Assembly: GCA_965285935.1 (NCBI GenBank)
Contig: OZ260663.1
Coordinates: forward strand, 98,146,001-98,210,000
DNA from: Ophelia neglecta
Lineage: Eukaryota
DNA length: 64,000 bases
Reading direction: 5' to 3'
This document shows positions 1-11,892 of this stretch, piece after piece (the first letter of the stretch is position 1; every line of letters starts with the position of its first letter). The position numbers and the translations under genes are program-made. The notes under the pieces were generated by a model that ran no database searches, was not told the origin of the DNA, and was given only the letters and a program-made list of their open reading frames with translations.

Positions 1-147
1 TTCTATTTTTCCGATTTGTGAAAAGAAAACAGAAACAGGCCCCTGCGAGGGGTCAACGGAGATCCCTGAGATCTTCCTCCTCTCTTTTGAGGAGGAAGAT
101 CTCAGGGATGACTAGGTCAATTAGAGAAGAAGAAAAGGGGGAAGAGG

Positions 148-1452
148 ATGGTGTATGACAAGTCTCTTGCAATCAAGGAGAAGAAACTAGGGATGTACAG
201 CAGTTTCAGGTATGACAGACGCTATAGTTCTCCATATAAGCCTAGGGTATGTATTGATTTCGTTTTTGTCATCCAAATTGCAGCCCCCAATGGGATATAT
301 GTTATTTTCGCTCGTTCTATTACATTCCATGTCTCTATTATTAGAACGAATGGCATACATATTATGTTGATGCGTGTTTCGATTAAATAGGCTCTAAATT
401 ATTTGTATCATCTACCAGTTACACCCTTTCTCCCAACATTATTACAGCCAAGGAGCAAATTAATTTTTATTTCACTCGTCACGTTTCACAACTATGTCCA
501 TTTTATTTTAGTTTCGCTCATTTTTTCGAATGTATTCTAATATTGCTCATGTGTTTTAACTACGATTATATTATTTCGCTCAATTGTATTCCTTGTATTT
601 TAATTTCGCTCATATCTACTTCTAATTTCAGAAAAGCTGCTGCCTCAAATGGCGGTATCCCCGAATCTACGGTCCGCGACTATACTATAACATGATATAC
701 ACACGTGGGGGCAACCCCGATCAAGCGAAACCAATGTTAGTACCGTAATTGCCTATGTTGCACTTATTCCAATCCCGTGACTAGGCATAGTGCCCATTAA
801 TAAATATGCGTATTTTTTTTATTTCGTTCTAGGTTCTGTTTCCGGGCAAGAAACCCTCTCCAACCATCATGAGAACAGTCCCACGCGGCTGGAAAGCGTT
901 CTATACAAAATCCGGTTGGATGAATGGGGAGACGTTTGCCGAGTGGTTGGAAAAGTGCCTCGTCCCGTTCGTCAACGACAAGAGGAGTGGGAACGAGACG
1001 GCGATCCTGCTTTTAGATGGGCATAAGAGCCACGAGTCGACTCAGCTCCTAGAATGCGCCGAGAGCAACAACATCGACATGATCATGATGCCTCCCAATC
1101 TCACCCATCTTCTGCAGCCGATGGATGTGGCTGTGTTCAAAGTATGTAGATAGACTATTAACCCTAATAAGCCTGGTCCTAAATTTGTCATTACTTTTGT
1201 CCTTATTTAAAAAAAAATCATTTGCCAATTTTTATTCTTTTCAGGCGGTCCAGAAATACTGGGACCGACTTTTGCAAGAAACCCAACTACTCGAAGGTGG
1301 CAGGGCGAAGCATGTATAAAGAAAGAAACCTTCTGTGACCTGTTGAGGACCGTCTTGTTTAGGACCATAAAGGCCGACGGAAATGCGGAAACGCCACCAC
1401 TTGACTGTGACATCCAGGACATCCGGTGTGAGAGCCTCATCAGTGAATTCAG
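148..1452 (+). pseudogene. Disrupted pogo-like transposase, N-terminal HTH_psq and DDE_1 endonuclease exons
   Basis: Exon ending at 209 spliced to 631 gives SFR|KAAASNGGIPESTVRDY (psq-type helix-turn-helix). Exon 833-1141 gives SGWMNGETF...ILLLDGHKSH...PPNLTHLLQPMDVAVFK (DDE_1 signature). Exon 1245-1452 is frameshifted (TAA at 1317-1319). The region between HTH and DDE looks internally deleted. Confidence 0.85.
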
Positions 1453-2001
1453 GTAAGTGAACTGTTACTTTCAGTTTGTGCATATAAATTATCGTTCAAA
1501 CCTAACTCTTGCCAAATGCTCAAAGTGATTCTAACTGAATATCCAATCAAAAATTGAATATATCCTGTACACAGTCCTGTTCAATTTCAAAATCGGGTTT
1601 TCAATCCTACGTTGAAACAGTTTTATAATGTCGTATTGGTTTGCTCATTGCTTTAAATGATAGTTGTCAAAAGAGAGAACGAAATTTCTGTTTCGCTCAT
1701 CCATTATGAACCGGTTAGTATTATTTCGCTTAAACTTTAGCGAGTTGTTATAGTTTCGCTCATGGTATGCTAAACATACACAAATTGAGCACAACTTGCA
1801 TGTAGTACAAGATTTTGAAATTAATTTCCGATATTTAAAATGATCATACTGTGTTTTGTCTGAAATTTTATCTACATACAGGTATTATACGTGTCAATGT
1901 TCATTATTATCTTATTTCCAGGAAAATACCAGTATAAAAATTTTAACTTATCTAATATCTTTGTCATTGGATATATTTTAATTTCGCTCATCAATTTTAC
2001 A

Positions 2002-4518
2002 GTTACAGACGTTTCCGCCAATACCATACGCCACACTTGACGCCAACGAGGGGGAGAAGACAGATGGTGCCCCGCCAATACCGGACGCCACACTTGACGC
2101 CAGCGAGGGGGAGAAGACAGATGGTGCCCCGCCAATGCCGGACGCCACACTTGACGCCAGCGAGGGGGAGAAGACAGAATCTGATGGTGCCCCGCCAATA
2201 CCGGACGCCACACTTGACCCCAGCGAGGGGGAGAAGACAGATGGTGCCCCGCCAATGCCGGACGCCACACTTGACGCCAGCGAGGGGGAGAAGACAGATG
2301 GTGCCCCGCCAATGCCGGACGCCACACTTGACGCCAGCAAGGGGGAGAAGACAGATGGTGCCCCGCCAATGCCGGACGCCACAATTGACGCCAGCGAACG
2401 GGACAAGATAAATGATACACCCCCAGTGCCAGACTCAACCATTGTCGCTGGTGTCACCACCACACCCGAGGACAACAGGGATTATGCACCGCAAGTGCCA
2501 GACAAGAAAGATGGTGCCCAGTCAGTTCCAGAGTCCACTTCAGAATCCACGACCGATGCTGCATCAAAGGCCGCTCCAGACGCCACTATTGGTGCTGTGT
2601 CCACCACCGAGCAAGAGGATACATCTCGCAGTAGCAACAAATGTCCAGGATGTCTGATGATAGACACGAACGTGGGTGATGATGAGAATTCTCTTCAGAG
2701 CCCTGTTATAGAAATGGTTGCAAAGACTCCTGTGCACACACATCTCAAGACATTTGGAGAAACCAGTCCCTCGGAGATGGCGATCCTTGAAGCAGCTGAG
2801 GATTCTGATATGGTTCCGGGACTCCAGGTGCTGACCAGACGTGTGGACCAGACCTGTTCTCTCCTGCTCTCAACAGGAAGTTGGTTAATATAAGGAGAAG
2901 AGACCTGGAAGCAAGGGTAGAAGTAGAAGAGCTTAAACCACCGGAAGAGGAACAGCCCGTTAAACCAACTGTTCCAAGGCGTGTTCTACAGTTTGGGAGC
3001 CCCTCCGTCGACAGCTTGGGCCTGATGTCAGGAGATCCAGCAGACACAGGGCGGGAGAAAAGTGAAGACAGGTCTAGTGACAGCGAAGAGGGGGTGGTTG
3101 GTGTCAGTTTGTCACCACCAAAGAGAAGAGAGCGTCCGACTTTTCCCATTCTTTCATTTTATGGACCACGAAGAGAAAAGAAAGAAAGAGAGCGACAAAG
3201 AGAAGAAACTGTAAAAGAGAACGAAAATGAAGAAGACACGCTCCCTGATACTCAACCGACTCTAGAAATAGATGTTCTTTCTGGGATGGACATGGATGAT
3301 TACCGTGTGGTGAAGTCAGGCGACAAGGAATACCTTGTCAGGAAGTCTTCTGGGAGCTCCACTGAATCTCTTGTATCTTCTCAGGAGACAACACCACCAC
3401 CGATCCATTCATACCCTACAGTATCGCTTCTGGACTCAAATTGCGAGGATACACCAGAAAATAAAGAGAAGAAAAAAGGGAAGAAGGCAGAAACGGCCGA
3501 AGCAGGAAGTAAGCCTTGTCCAATGTCCGGTTGGCTGGAGTCCATTACGCTTGTGCACTACCGGGCAATGAAAGCTCCACGTAAACATATGAAACCGCGT
3601 TCGGGCCTCCACCTGACGTCGACAGAGTATATGGCAGAACGCGAAGAAAGAGAAAAGCAAAAAGAATTAGAAGAACAGAGAAAAATGGAGAGGAAAGAAA
3701 AACAGTTGGAAAAGAAAAGAGATAATCTCGTTAAAACTCTCATGCAGGTAGAAGATATTAAAAAGAAGAAACTAGGCCTAATCAAAGGAAACGAAAAGAA
3801 TGGTGAGAGAGGTGCGGGGTCTGCTGTGCCATCTAGTGTGCCGTCTGCTGGGCCGTCTGGGGAAGGGCAGAAAACAAAAGGAAAGGGCAACCAAAGAAAA
3901 GAGTCAGAAAGGTCAAAGAACAAAGCGAAAGTGACGAAGGTAATTGTAGCATGACAGTTGCAAGTACAATTGTGTATAGTGACTTAAAGTAAACCTTAAA
4001 ATAGGCCTATTTTACATGCTTAGTTTCTTTTTTTTTCAGAGGAGACTGTGGAATTGGTGAAGCCAAAACAGCCGAGGAAAGCAAGAAAGGGAGGCCTAAA
4101 ACTTCTGGGACAAAGAAGGTAGGCCTAGTATCCAAGGAACCTGTGGCGGAGTCTGACGATGGAGGTAAATAGGTCTATGCTGAAATGAATTTACCTTAAA
4201 ATTAGTCAAAAAATAAAAAAAAAGTAGTCAAGATGAAGAAGAGCCAGAAGGTAAGATTTCATACATTCTGTGACCAATTGTTTTGTCGATTTTACCATTA
4301 TTATTTGCATTTTTTATTTAAATTGTAGCATATTTGTAGGCTATGACTAAAACTTTAATTCTTTTCGTCTAGAGCCCAATGTGACACCAGAGCCGGCCAA
4401 GAAGCGGAGGGTAGCAAACAAAGCTAGGTCTGATAGAGCCGATGAACGATCAGAAAGAAAGACTGCAGCAGCTGCAGCAAAGAAGGATGGAGGAAAGAAC
4501 AGTGGGGCAAAGAAGTAG
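2002..4518 (+). pseudogene. Long low-complexity C-terminal extension of the transposase gene (repeat region, acidic and Lys-rich coiled coil), frameshifted
   Basis: ORFs 2135-2893 and 2881-3954 overlap in different frames. LTSTEYMAEREEREKQKELEEQRK resembles the LTS-coiled-coil tail of DDE_1 transposases. Small probable exons lie near 4020-4165 and 4373-4518. Confidence 0.5.
2015..2400 (+). repeat. 57-bp coding minisatellite, about 7 copies (PPMPDATLDASEGEKTDGA)
   Basis: Unit CCGCCAATGCCGGACGCCACACTTGACGCCAGCGAGGGGGAGAAGACAGATGGTGCC; one copy has a 6-bp insertion. Confidence 0.95.
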
Positions 4519-5475
4519 AGGCCTGGCATAAGTATAAAAGACACTATTGTTTGACAATACCCACAGGATGCCAACATGTATTTTATCCTAGGCTGTTTTA
4601 TACTGATTTGTGTGCGAAAGGGCTTTGTAACTGATCTCTTGTGATTTATGCATGCCGTAACGTCTTCTCCTTGCTGTTTTCCTCCAGAGTTGTGCTAAAA
4701 GGTGTATTAATGTGTATCTATTTCTTCAAGAGTTATAGCCTATTTATCCAAGGAGTTAACATCACGCATATGTTGTGTGCAGTAACTGGTGTTATTCAGA
4801 AGTATTATTTTATTCCAAATTTGTATTTTCATGATTCTATTGATATCTAAAAATAGAATGTTTATCAACATTCCTTACAAATTGGTTGAATATTTTGTAG
4901 AGATTTTGTCTAATTTGAAAAATAATATAATTTCGCTCTCTTTTGGACTGAAAATATTTCGCTGAAAATGTGAAGAATGATTACTCATGTAAAATGATTA
5001 TACGTTTTGTAATTGTTTAAAATAAACTGTACATATCACTTTTCAGCTAATTGTTTCAATTTTTAGCGTAAAGTCTTGCGAATCGGATTATTAGGCCTAG
5101 TTAAAAAGTTATTAAAGAATTAGTAATTTCATACGTGAACAGAACAGCGCATTGACAGGCATGTCTTATGTTGCTCAGTGAAAATTCTTATTTCGCTAAT
5201 GCGAGTTTAATTTCGCTCATTGAGCGAAACAAAAAAATAAAAGAGCAAAACTAGAACAAAGTGAGCGAAATACGACTTTTTTCAAACTTTTTCATTTCTT
5301 GATTTTCTACGTAAATACACAAGATTAGGGTATGGTATTTATGGAACCAGTAGTCTTTTACAAGTACTATGAAATAGTGGTCTTTACCGCTTTTTTATAC
5401 AGTAAATAATTAGTGTTTTTTGCGTTGAAATTATTTTTCCCTTTTTCGAGCGAAATAAGCCGTCATCACCCTATG

Positions 5476-7449
5476 TAGTACTTCTATTACAGCAGGTCAT
5501 TCTTTCTAAGCTGCAGTACCGACTTTTTGCTTTTGGCTACTCTCGCGCTGACAGAGAAATAATAAACACCCGTCTTTGGGGCAATCAATGCCCTGCTGTC
5601 TTCGCTGTAGGCATCACCAATGTTCACCAGTGTATCATCAAAGCCTACCTGGCCCTGTGTGGTCCATGGGGGTAGTCCTGGCTACGCTGAAACATATTAG
5701 GATGTCCCTGGCCGAGGACACACTGAACATGGACCACGAAGTTCCGAAGTACGGATAAATATGTCCCTTGTATGACATGTAAACTGTAGTAGGACTCTTT
5801 AACAGAACAGTACGTCCAAGCAAACCCTCACCAGATCAAAAAGGCACAGAAAGTCCAAACAATTAGATGAACCGTCATTGACCAGACTGTACGTCAATGC
5901 TCTCCCCCTATAGTCAGCACTCATACTGACCAGGTACACGTCGTTAGGGGAGCTGGTGAAAGTAGAGCAAGGGTAAGGCCCACCAAAGTCAGGCCAGGTT
6001 TGCTCCTATATCCAACATCTCGTGATGTCGACCGCCCGAGCGTTGTGGGCTTGTAAGGAGAGAAAGCCACAAATGTGCCTGCAACCTAAGTTAGGATAAC
6101 TTGCACTAACAGACAACACATCCGGTTATAGAGATAGGTACTAATCACATTTGATTAATGTTATCTTTAGAAACAAGATGGTACATTGCATGACACCAAG
6201 AGGACACATTACGTACCTGCGTGCATTGTGCTAAGTCTGTCGGTGACGGCTGTTGAGAGAGTACTTGGAACTTGGGTAGTGGACAGTTTTCTTGGATTCA
6301 TATTGCTATGTTTAGTGGCAGTCGATTGCGGAATTGTATCAGTGATATTTGGCAGTAGACTGCTTGTCTTCTTGCTTGCTGTACCAATCCCAGACGATAG
6401 GAAAAAATAATACATCTGTAATATTGCCGGTACTATTTCCGGTCGCTCGAATTGGTTTGTTATTGCTAATGGTCACTGTGCTCTAACTTAACTGTAGAGA
6501 ATTAACTTGTATTCTATGCGTTCTCTATGGTTCCAGAATAAATTTATGTTTACTTATGTTTATTTATCATCGAACAAATAGCATACGTATATTTCAAGTA
6601 TTTCAAGTCTTAGATGTAATGACAAAAAATGTAAACTGACACACGAGAGATTTAAAGAGGTGAACAAAAATGAATACCATTTACTGATATTGAATCAAAG
6701 ATGGAAAAAAGAAAAAGGAGTAGTAACAAGAAACTTTTTTTCGGATTGCAAGTGAACTAGTGCAGGTGCAGATATTGTTCTTTGAAAAACAAACATTTTC
6801 TGAATACAAAATTATTAAGATTACATCAAAAAGGAGTTTAATATTAGCTTCTCATTTAAGCATTTTAACGAGTGAATTAAGCTATTATAATCAATGATAT
6901 GAAGGCTTACATTGTGGGCCAAGCTGCTTGGTAAATTTGACTGCGTTGCATACTAAAAGTCTTGGGACGTAATAAATGAAGATAGGATGATCGATGATCG
7001 AGAGATCGAAGACCGTATTTCTTGTGGCAAGCCATTAAACAACTTTTAGATGATAAGCTGAAAGCTTATATTGTAGACTTCACACAGAGCAAAAATCTTA
7101 TTATCAATGAACAATGCCACAGAATGAGAGCTTTTGGCTCTTCCAGTACCTAAACGAAGTGCTCGCTTCTGGTTGGTATGAGACTGGTGTCAGTCGTTTC
7201 TTGGCATGACGAAAGGTGAGTGACAGTGCGTTAAAATAACTGGAAGCAATTTTCATTCTAACAAAAAAAACCACGCCAATGCACTTGTTCATGTCCGAGC
7301 CAAGAATACAGTTCCATTACAAATACTTTATCTTACCGTTTTTAGTAGAGAACCATACGGAGACATGTCCCAAGGCATAGATGATACCACAAAAGACACA
7401 AACCAGGAGCACTTAGGATCGTCTACCTTCTGATGTAATTAGGTTCCAT
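5476..7449 (-). pseudogene. C1q-domain-containing gene with N-terminal hydrophobic anchor, Ser/Thr stalk and tandem gC1q domains; decayed and truncated by the transposon
   Basis: Minus-strand exon 7449-7337 reads MEPNYIRR*..VLLVCVFCGIIYALGHVSVWF. Exon 6378-6217 is a S/T-rich stalk. Exon 6078-5476 contains CFSVARTT../QVGFDDTLVNIGDAYSEDSRALIAPKTGVYYFSVS (gC1q signature) and an upstream degenerate repeat (FVAFS...STFTSSPNDVYLVSMS). Several frameshifts and stops are present. Confidence 0.75.
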
Positions 7450-8564
7450 GGTAATCAGTTGGTTTTATGTCATAACGTATCACTCTTTACAGTTCTCTAT
7501 TTCGGCGTTTTTCAGTTTTCTTGATACTTTCTTCTAGTGACTAAGCGTTTTGCGCGAATCGCATTCGGTTGTCTTTTAATGATTTGGTCACACAGTAGAT
7601 AATGGCATTAGCATTATTAAAAATAAGTTGGAAAAAGCTTGTCCTTTATTTAGTAGTCGACGATGAATGGTTTTATTACAAAATATCACTCTTAAGACCA
7701 AAGCTGGTGAGAGCGGAAGTTGATACCTGACGGAAAAAAATAAATATGTTTACCGATAACAGCCTATAAGATGGGCCTAGGCAGGACCTTGCAGGGACCA
7801 CCAACCGCAAGCGATGTTGCATATCAATGTGAAAAGAGCGGTCGATACAGCTTCAAACAGCTGGAATTTGAGATTCTATCAGTTTCTTTTCTATTTAGGA
7901 AGCACAATGCTTCACATTAACAAGGCACATAACAAGCTAATTGTCAAAATCAGTTTAACATCTATCTCCAAGTATAGCTTAATATAGATCTGTAACGAGA
8001 ACACTGCATAGCAGGCGTGCCTTCAAATAGTGTCTTGTTATGCCTGGTGTATCATCGACCCCACTCCCTTGTCTGCTGTAAGCGAATACTATGATATACA
8101 TAATCATATTGAATATAAAGTAATCTATAAAACACATCGGAAGAAATGAAATTGAATTCGTGATAACTCTATTAACAGTGGTCTTTTTGTGACATGATTG
8201 ACACGTTAATAGTGATAAAACAGGTTTGCTCTTTGATATAACAATAACTAGACAATTTGACTTTTAACCACTTAAAGTTAGTAATATTATACTTGAGCTG
8301 TTTTAATTTTTATCGCAGGAAAATGTGAATTTTCCGTTTTGATGTGACGCGGCCTTAACCAGGTAGCGTTTATGTAAATAAGAAATTAGTTACTATAAAT
8401 TTATATTGAATTAAAACTTAATATGAAATATATCAGGCTCCATGTTTATTAAATCTTACATGTGCTGCCTTAGTCTGAGACATGAGATGCAATATATCTT
8501 ATGACTTGCAATCTTTCCTTGGCCATTCCCTATTTTACAATTAAATGAAACTAAGGTGGCTCTT

Positions 8565-8765
8565 CATCAGCCGGGACCCAAAACTAAAAGCAGCCCACAT
8601 TCCAATTAATTGGTGCCGAGAGGGCTTTACATCAGCCAGGACAGAAGACGAAAGGTAGCCCACATTCCACTGGAGCAAAGACAACTAAACATCAGCCAGT
8701 ACCCAAGACGGAAAGCAGCCCAAATTCCAATGGAGCTAAGGGCCCTACATCAGCCAGGACAAAAT
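8565..8765. repeat. About 60-bp degenerate tandem repeat, about 3.5 copies
   Basis: Recurring CATCAGCCAGGAC...AAAGCAGCCCACATTCCA. Confidence 0.8.
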
Positions 8766-8769
8766 TCGA

Positions 8770-9092
8770 TGATGGACGCGAAGCCTTGGTCTATGAAGCT
8801 TCATGGACCATAGCCAGTGGGCTATGTCCGTGATGGACGTGAGATAGTTGTCTATGTAGTGTGATTGAGATGAGGCAGTAACCTATGAAGCGTAGTAGGC
8901 GTGGGGCAGTGGCCCAAGTAGCTTGATGGACGTGAGGTAGTGATCTATGAAGCGTGATGCACGTGATGCACTGATCTATGTAGAGTGGTGGACCTGGATT
9001 GGTGATATATGTAGAGTGATTGACCTGAAGCAATGGCCTATGTAGCATGACGGTCGTGAGGCAGTGGTCTATTTAGCGTGATGGACGTGAGA
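8770..9092. repeat. About 31-32-bp degenerate minisatellite, about 10 copies
   Basis: Recurring GTGGYCTATGTAGCGTGATGGACGTGAGGCA-like unit. Confidence 0.8.
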
Positions 9093-10194
9093 CGCTGTTA
9101 TACTCGTCGCGATAGTATAATTATCCGAATATAAACCTCGTACCTCGATAGCATTGTTCCAAAGACGGCCACTGGCCCTGTCACATTACAGGACCACACT
9201 AACTGCTTTAAAACATTTTAGCGTGAGTTAATTAAAAGGTTTAAAGTCTTAACCACACCATTTATCACTTGGGTAACAACCCATCTGTAAGATTTGGTAC
9301 CACTAAAAGGCTGGACATAATACACCGCTATTACAGACATCTTAACCCACATGCAAGGATCCTCTAGACGCGTAAAAAGTTTCATTTCTTCTAGAATAAC
9401 ATAAAATCTATTTAACGATTTATGTTAGTTTTAGGCTTGCGAATGTATGACAGTTCCAGAGCCTAAAATGCAACGGCACGTGATGCCCCATTCAAAATAT
9501 CACGTTTTGGCCGCCACATTTATCTACGTTACGAAACGTAGCATAAATGTAGCAAAATGTGGTTACAACATGAATGAACGCGGAACCACGTGCCTAAAAC
9601 TGGACTAAAGGTGTCTTAACTTGAAACGTAAACTTTAATGTTGGACTTGTTCAAAATAAGCCGCTTTTTTCTACAAACGCACTACATTGTACTAAAACGT
9701 AGCTCCAACGTGACAACAACGTGGAAGAACGTAATGACAACGTTAAACAATATTGCCTAAAACGTGACAGATCGGGACCCGCCGCCTGGTACGTGCCGTA
9801 CCGTTTTTGGCACATTGTGTTGCGCTAAGGCACATTATGGCTTCTTTGCACCCAGGTCACCGTGCCATCCTGTGCCACACTATGATATCAGTTATAACTT
9901 TATGCTACGTTTCTGCTACGTTGTGATCGTTATATAAAGTTGAGGTCACCTGTCAAAATTGTCACAACGGAACTGAAACGAAACGACAGCGTGACTTACC
10001 TATTTTCCCATCTGATCACTTATCCCGGCATGAAACTTGGGTTGTCTACAAATTCGTATATTCTGTATTAACGAAATATTAGAATCTTTAATGTCAACTT
10101 CGAAATTTTTAAGGTACAGAATGGGTCACTTTTCCGGGGTTTACCTCTCAATCAGCGCTGTCATTAATTGGGTTTACCATGTCGTCAGGGGCCA

Positions 10195-10473
10195 AGGGGG
10201 AGTTGGAATGGGCATACATTTTCCAGGGGAAAGTTGGAATGGGCATTCATTGTCCAGGGGAAAGTTGGAATGGGCATACATTGTCCAGGGGAAAGTTGGA
10301 ATGGGCATGCATTGTCCTGGGGAAAGTTGGAATGGGCATACATTGTCCAGGGGAAAGTTGGAATGGGCATGCATTGTCCTGGGGAAAGTTGGAATGGGCA
10401 TACATTGTCCTGGGGAAAGTTGGAATGGGCAGACATTGTCCAGGGGAATGTTGGAATGGGCATACATTGCCTT
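10195..10473. repeat. 31-bp minisatellite, about 9 copies
   Basis: Unit GGGGAAAGTTGGAATGGGCATACATTGTCCA at an exact 31-bp period (10226, 10257 ... 10381). It explains the spurious ORFs in all frames here. Confidence 0.95.
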
Positions 10474-11138
10474 CAGGGGGTCAGGTTACAGCACCCGAAG
10501 CCACGAAAACCACTAACACAAAACCCGTTTTCGGCTCTATATTACATAATAACCTAAAATCATCTCCCCATGACATGTTATAAATAAATTCACCATCAAA
10601 CTTTTATATCGTTCCTTATGATTTCGAATCTACTCAATGGAATATTCCTGATTAACGATTTGTTTTTTCGAGCGCATATCCACCCCTGTTTGTTAATATA
10701 TAAGATAGGCCTGATTGCCACATGCTTTGTACTTTCGTTGCACTACGAGCACACAGGGAAATCAATTTGAAGCAAAAAGTGCGAATCATCCTCATATTGT
10801 TTTCATATATAAGATGGCGCATGCACCAAATGTTAAGAGGCGGTCTTAGATCAACAATTTGCCCCCCGATCTAGAGGCGTATTAATGAATATACGTTTGC
10901 GATTTAGTTAAAGGACATGCTATCCTTTTCCTTGTGAGGTGCGTCACCATACTCGATAAAGACCATACAGCTTTACACAGCTACTTAGGGAATGGAGTGA
11001 TTATCGTGCCATAGGTGTCTTACAGTTTCGTGTGGTTTAGTTTGTTTTTCAAAACAGTGAAAATTCAAAGAGTCTTATTAATCTCGCTCTTTTTTCAAAC
11101 GTGCACATATGAAGTGTGAATATCGTATTTGTCATTTA

Positions 11139-11272
11139 GGGATGGAGCTTCACGTTCAGGGTAATTTTGTGCTTCATGCTACATTTTCAACAAAATAAAG
11201 TAGGTCTAGGAAGTGGATGTCTTCCTGGCTGTCAGATATGTCTCCAGAGGGCGGTCTGAGTTCATTCACTTT
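11139..11272 (+). pseudogene. Isolated dead exon of a receptor PTP D2 domain
   Basis: Reads DGASRSG*FCASCYIFNKIK*V*EVDVFLAVRYVSRGRSEF. It is homologous to exons 30489-30624 and 58245-58380 but carries 3 stops. Confidence 0.9.
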
Positions 11273-11353
11273 TAATCAGTCAGATCGAGATTTGTCAACA
11301 TTATAATTAGTTTTGGGTGAATATCAATTGTGCTTTTGTAGAGTAGTAATGTC

Positions 11354-11873
11354 TGTAACCAGATGGGATCTTAAGCCATTTGGATAACTACTTCCGTATA
11401 CCTAGTAGTGTGTGTGTGTGTGTATGAACTGTATGTATAGTATTATCATGATTATGTAGCTGTGGTGTCAGCTAATTAGTTATGCACAAGTGGTATTACC
11501 TTATGTAAAGTGTCACCTTGACCTGTGTTGTATATTGGATCTGACCAATGGTATGTGATCCCTTAAATGGTTTTTGTGCTGCCTTGTGGGAAGTTTAACT
11601 GTTTTAAATCAGAGGCTCTCAAGATTCTGACAGGGAAGGATGTGAAATTGTTAATAGGAAATTCTAATTGAGATCTGAAATAGACGCCCTCCCCAGAGCC
11701 TCTCATCTCTCATTCGGACACCCCAATTCAGGGTGTTCAAAAGATATAATGGTCCCAAGCATATGTGTGTAAGCTTGAAACAATAAATAACGATCACTGA
11801 ACAACAAAACAACTACCTTGACTCCTACCTACCTCTTAACAAAATGTAGAGGGAAAAATTACCCAAGGTTACA
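11354..11873 (+). repeat. 5' LTR (520 bp)
   Basis: TGTAACC...GGTTACA; no differences from the 3' LTR seen by eye; contains AATAAA near 11782. Confidence 0.97.
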
Positions 11874-11874
11874 A

Positions 11875-11892
11875 TGGTGACCCCGACGTGAT
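11875..11892 (+). promoter_or_regulatory. Primer-binding site complementary to tRNA-Trp
   Basis: TGGTGACCCCGACGTGAT lies 1 nt after the 5' LTR. It is the same 18-mer as the tRNA-Trp primer site of avian leukosis/sarcoma viruses. Confidence 0.9.

Larger units (their letters stand above)
1..5475 (+). mobile_element. Degenerate pogo/Tc1-mariner superfamily DNA transposon (HTH_psq plus DDE_1), right part; the left end lies outside the window
   Basis: Spliced transposase remnants are present. The putative right TIR is GAGCGAAATAAGCCGTCATCACCCTATG ending at 5475, followed by TA (5476-5477) where unrelated C1q coding sequence begins. The TTTCGCT motif is repeated throughout and concentrated subterminally. 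Confidence 0.7.

Noticed and set aside
1872-2475. Minus-strand ORFs of 188 and 165 aa
   Set aside because: They are shadows of the 57-bp repeat; the plus-strand frame continues into unique sequence.
10195-10473. CRISPR-like regular repeat and several overlapping ORFs
   Set aside because: The units are head-to-tail with no unique spacers, there are no cas genes and the context is eukaryotic. The ORFs are by-products of a stop-free minisatellite.
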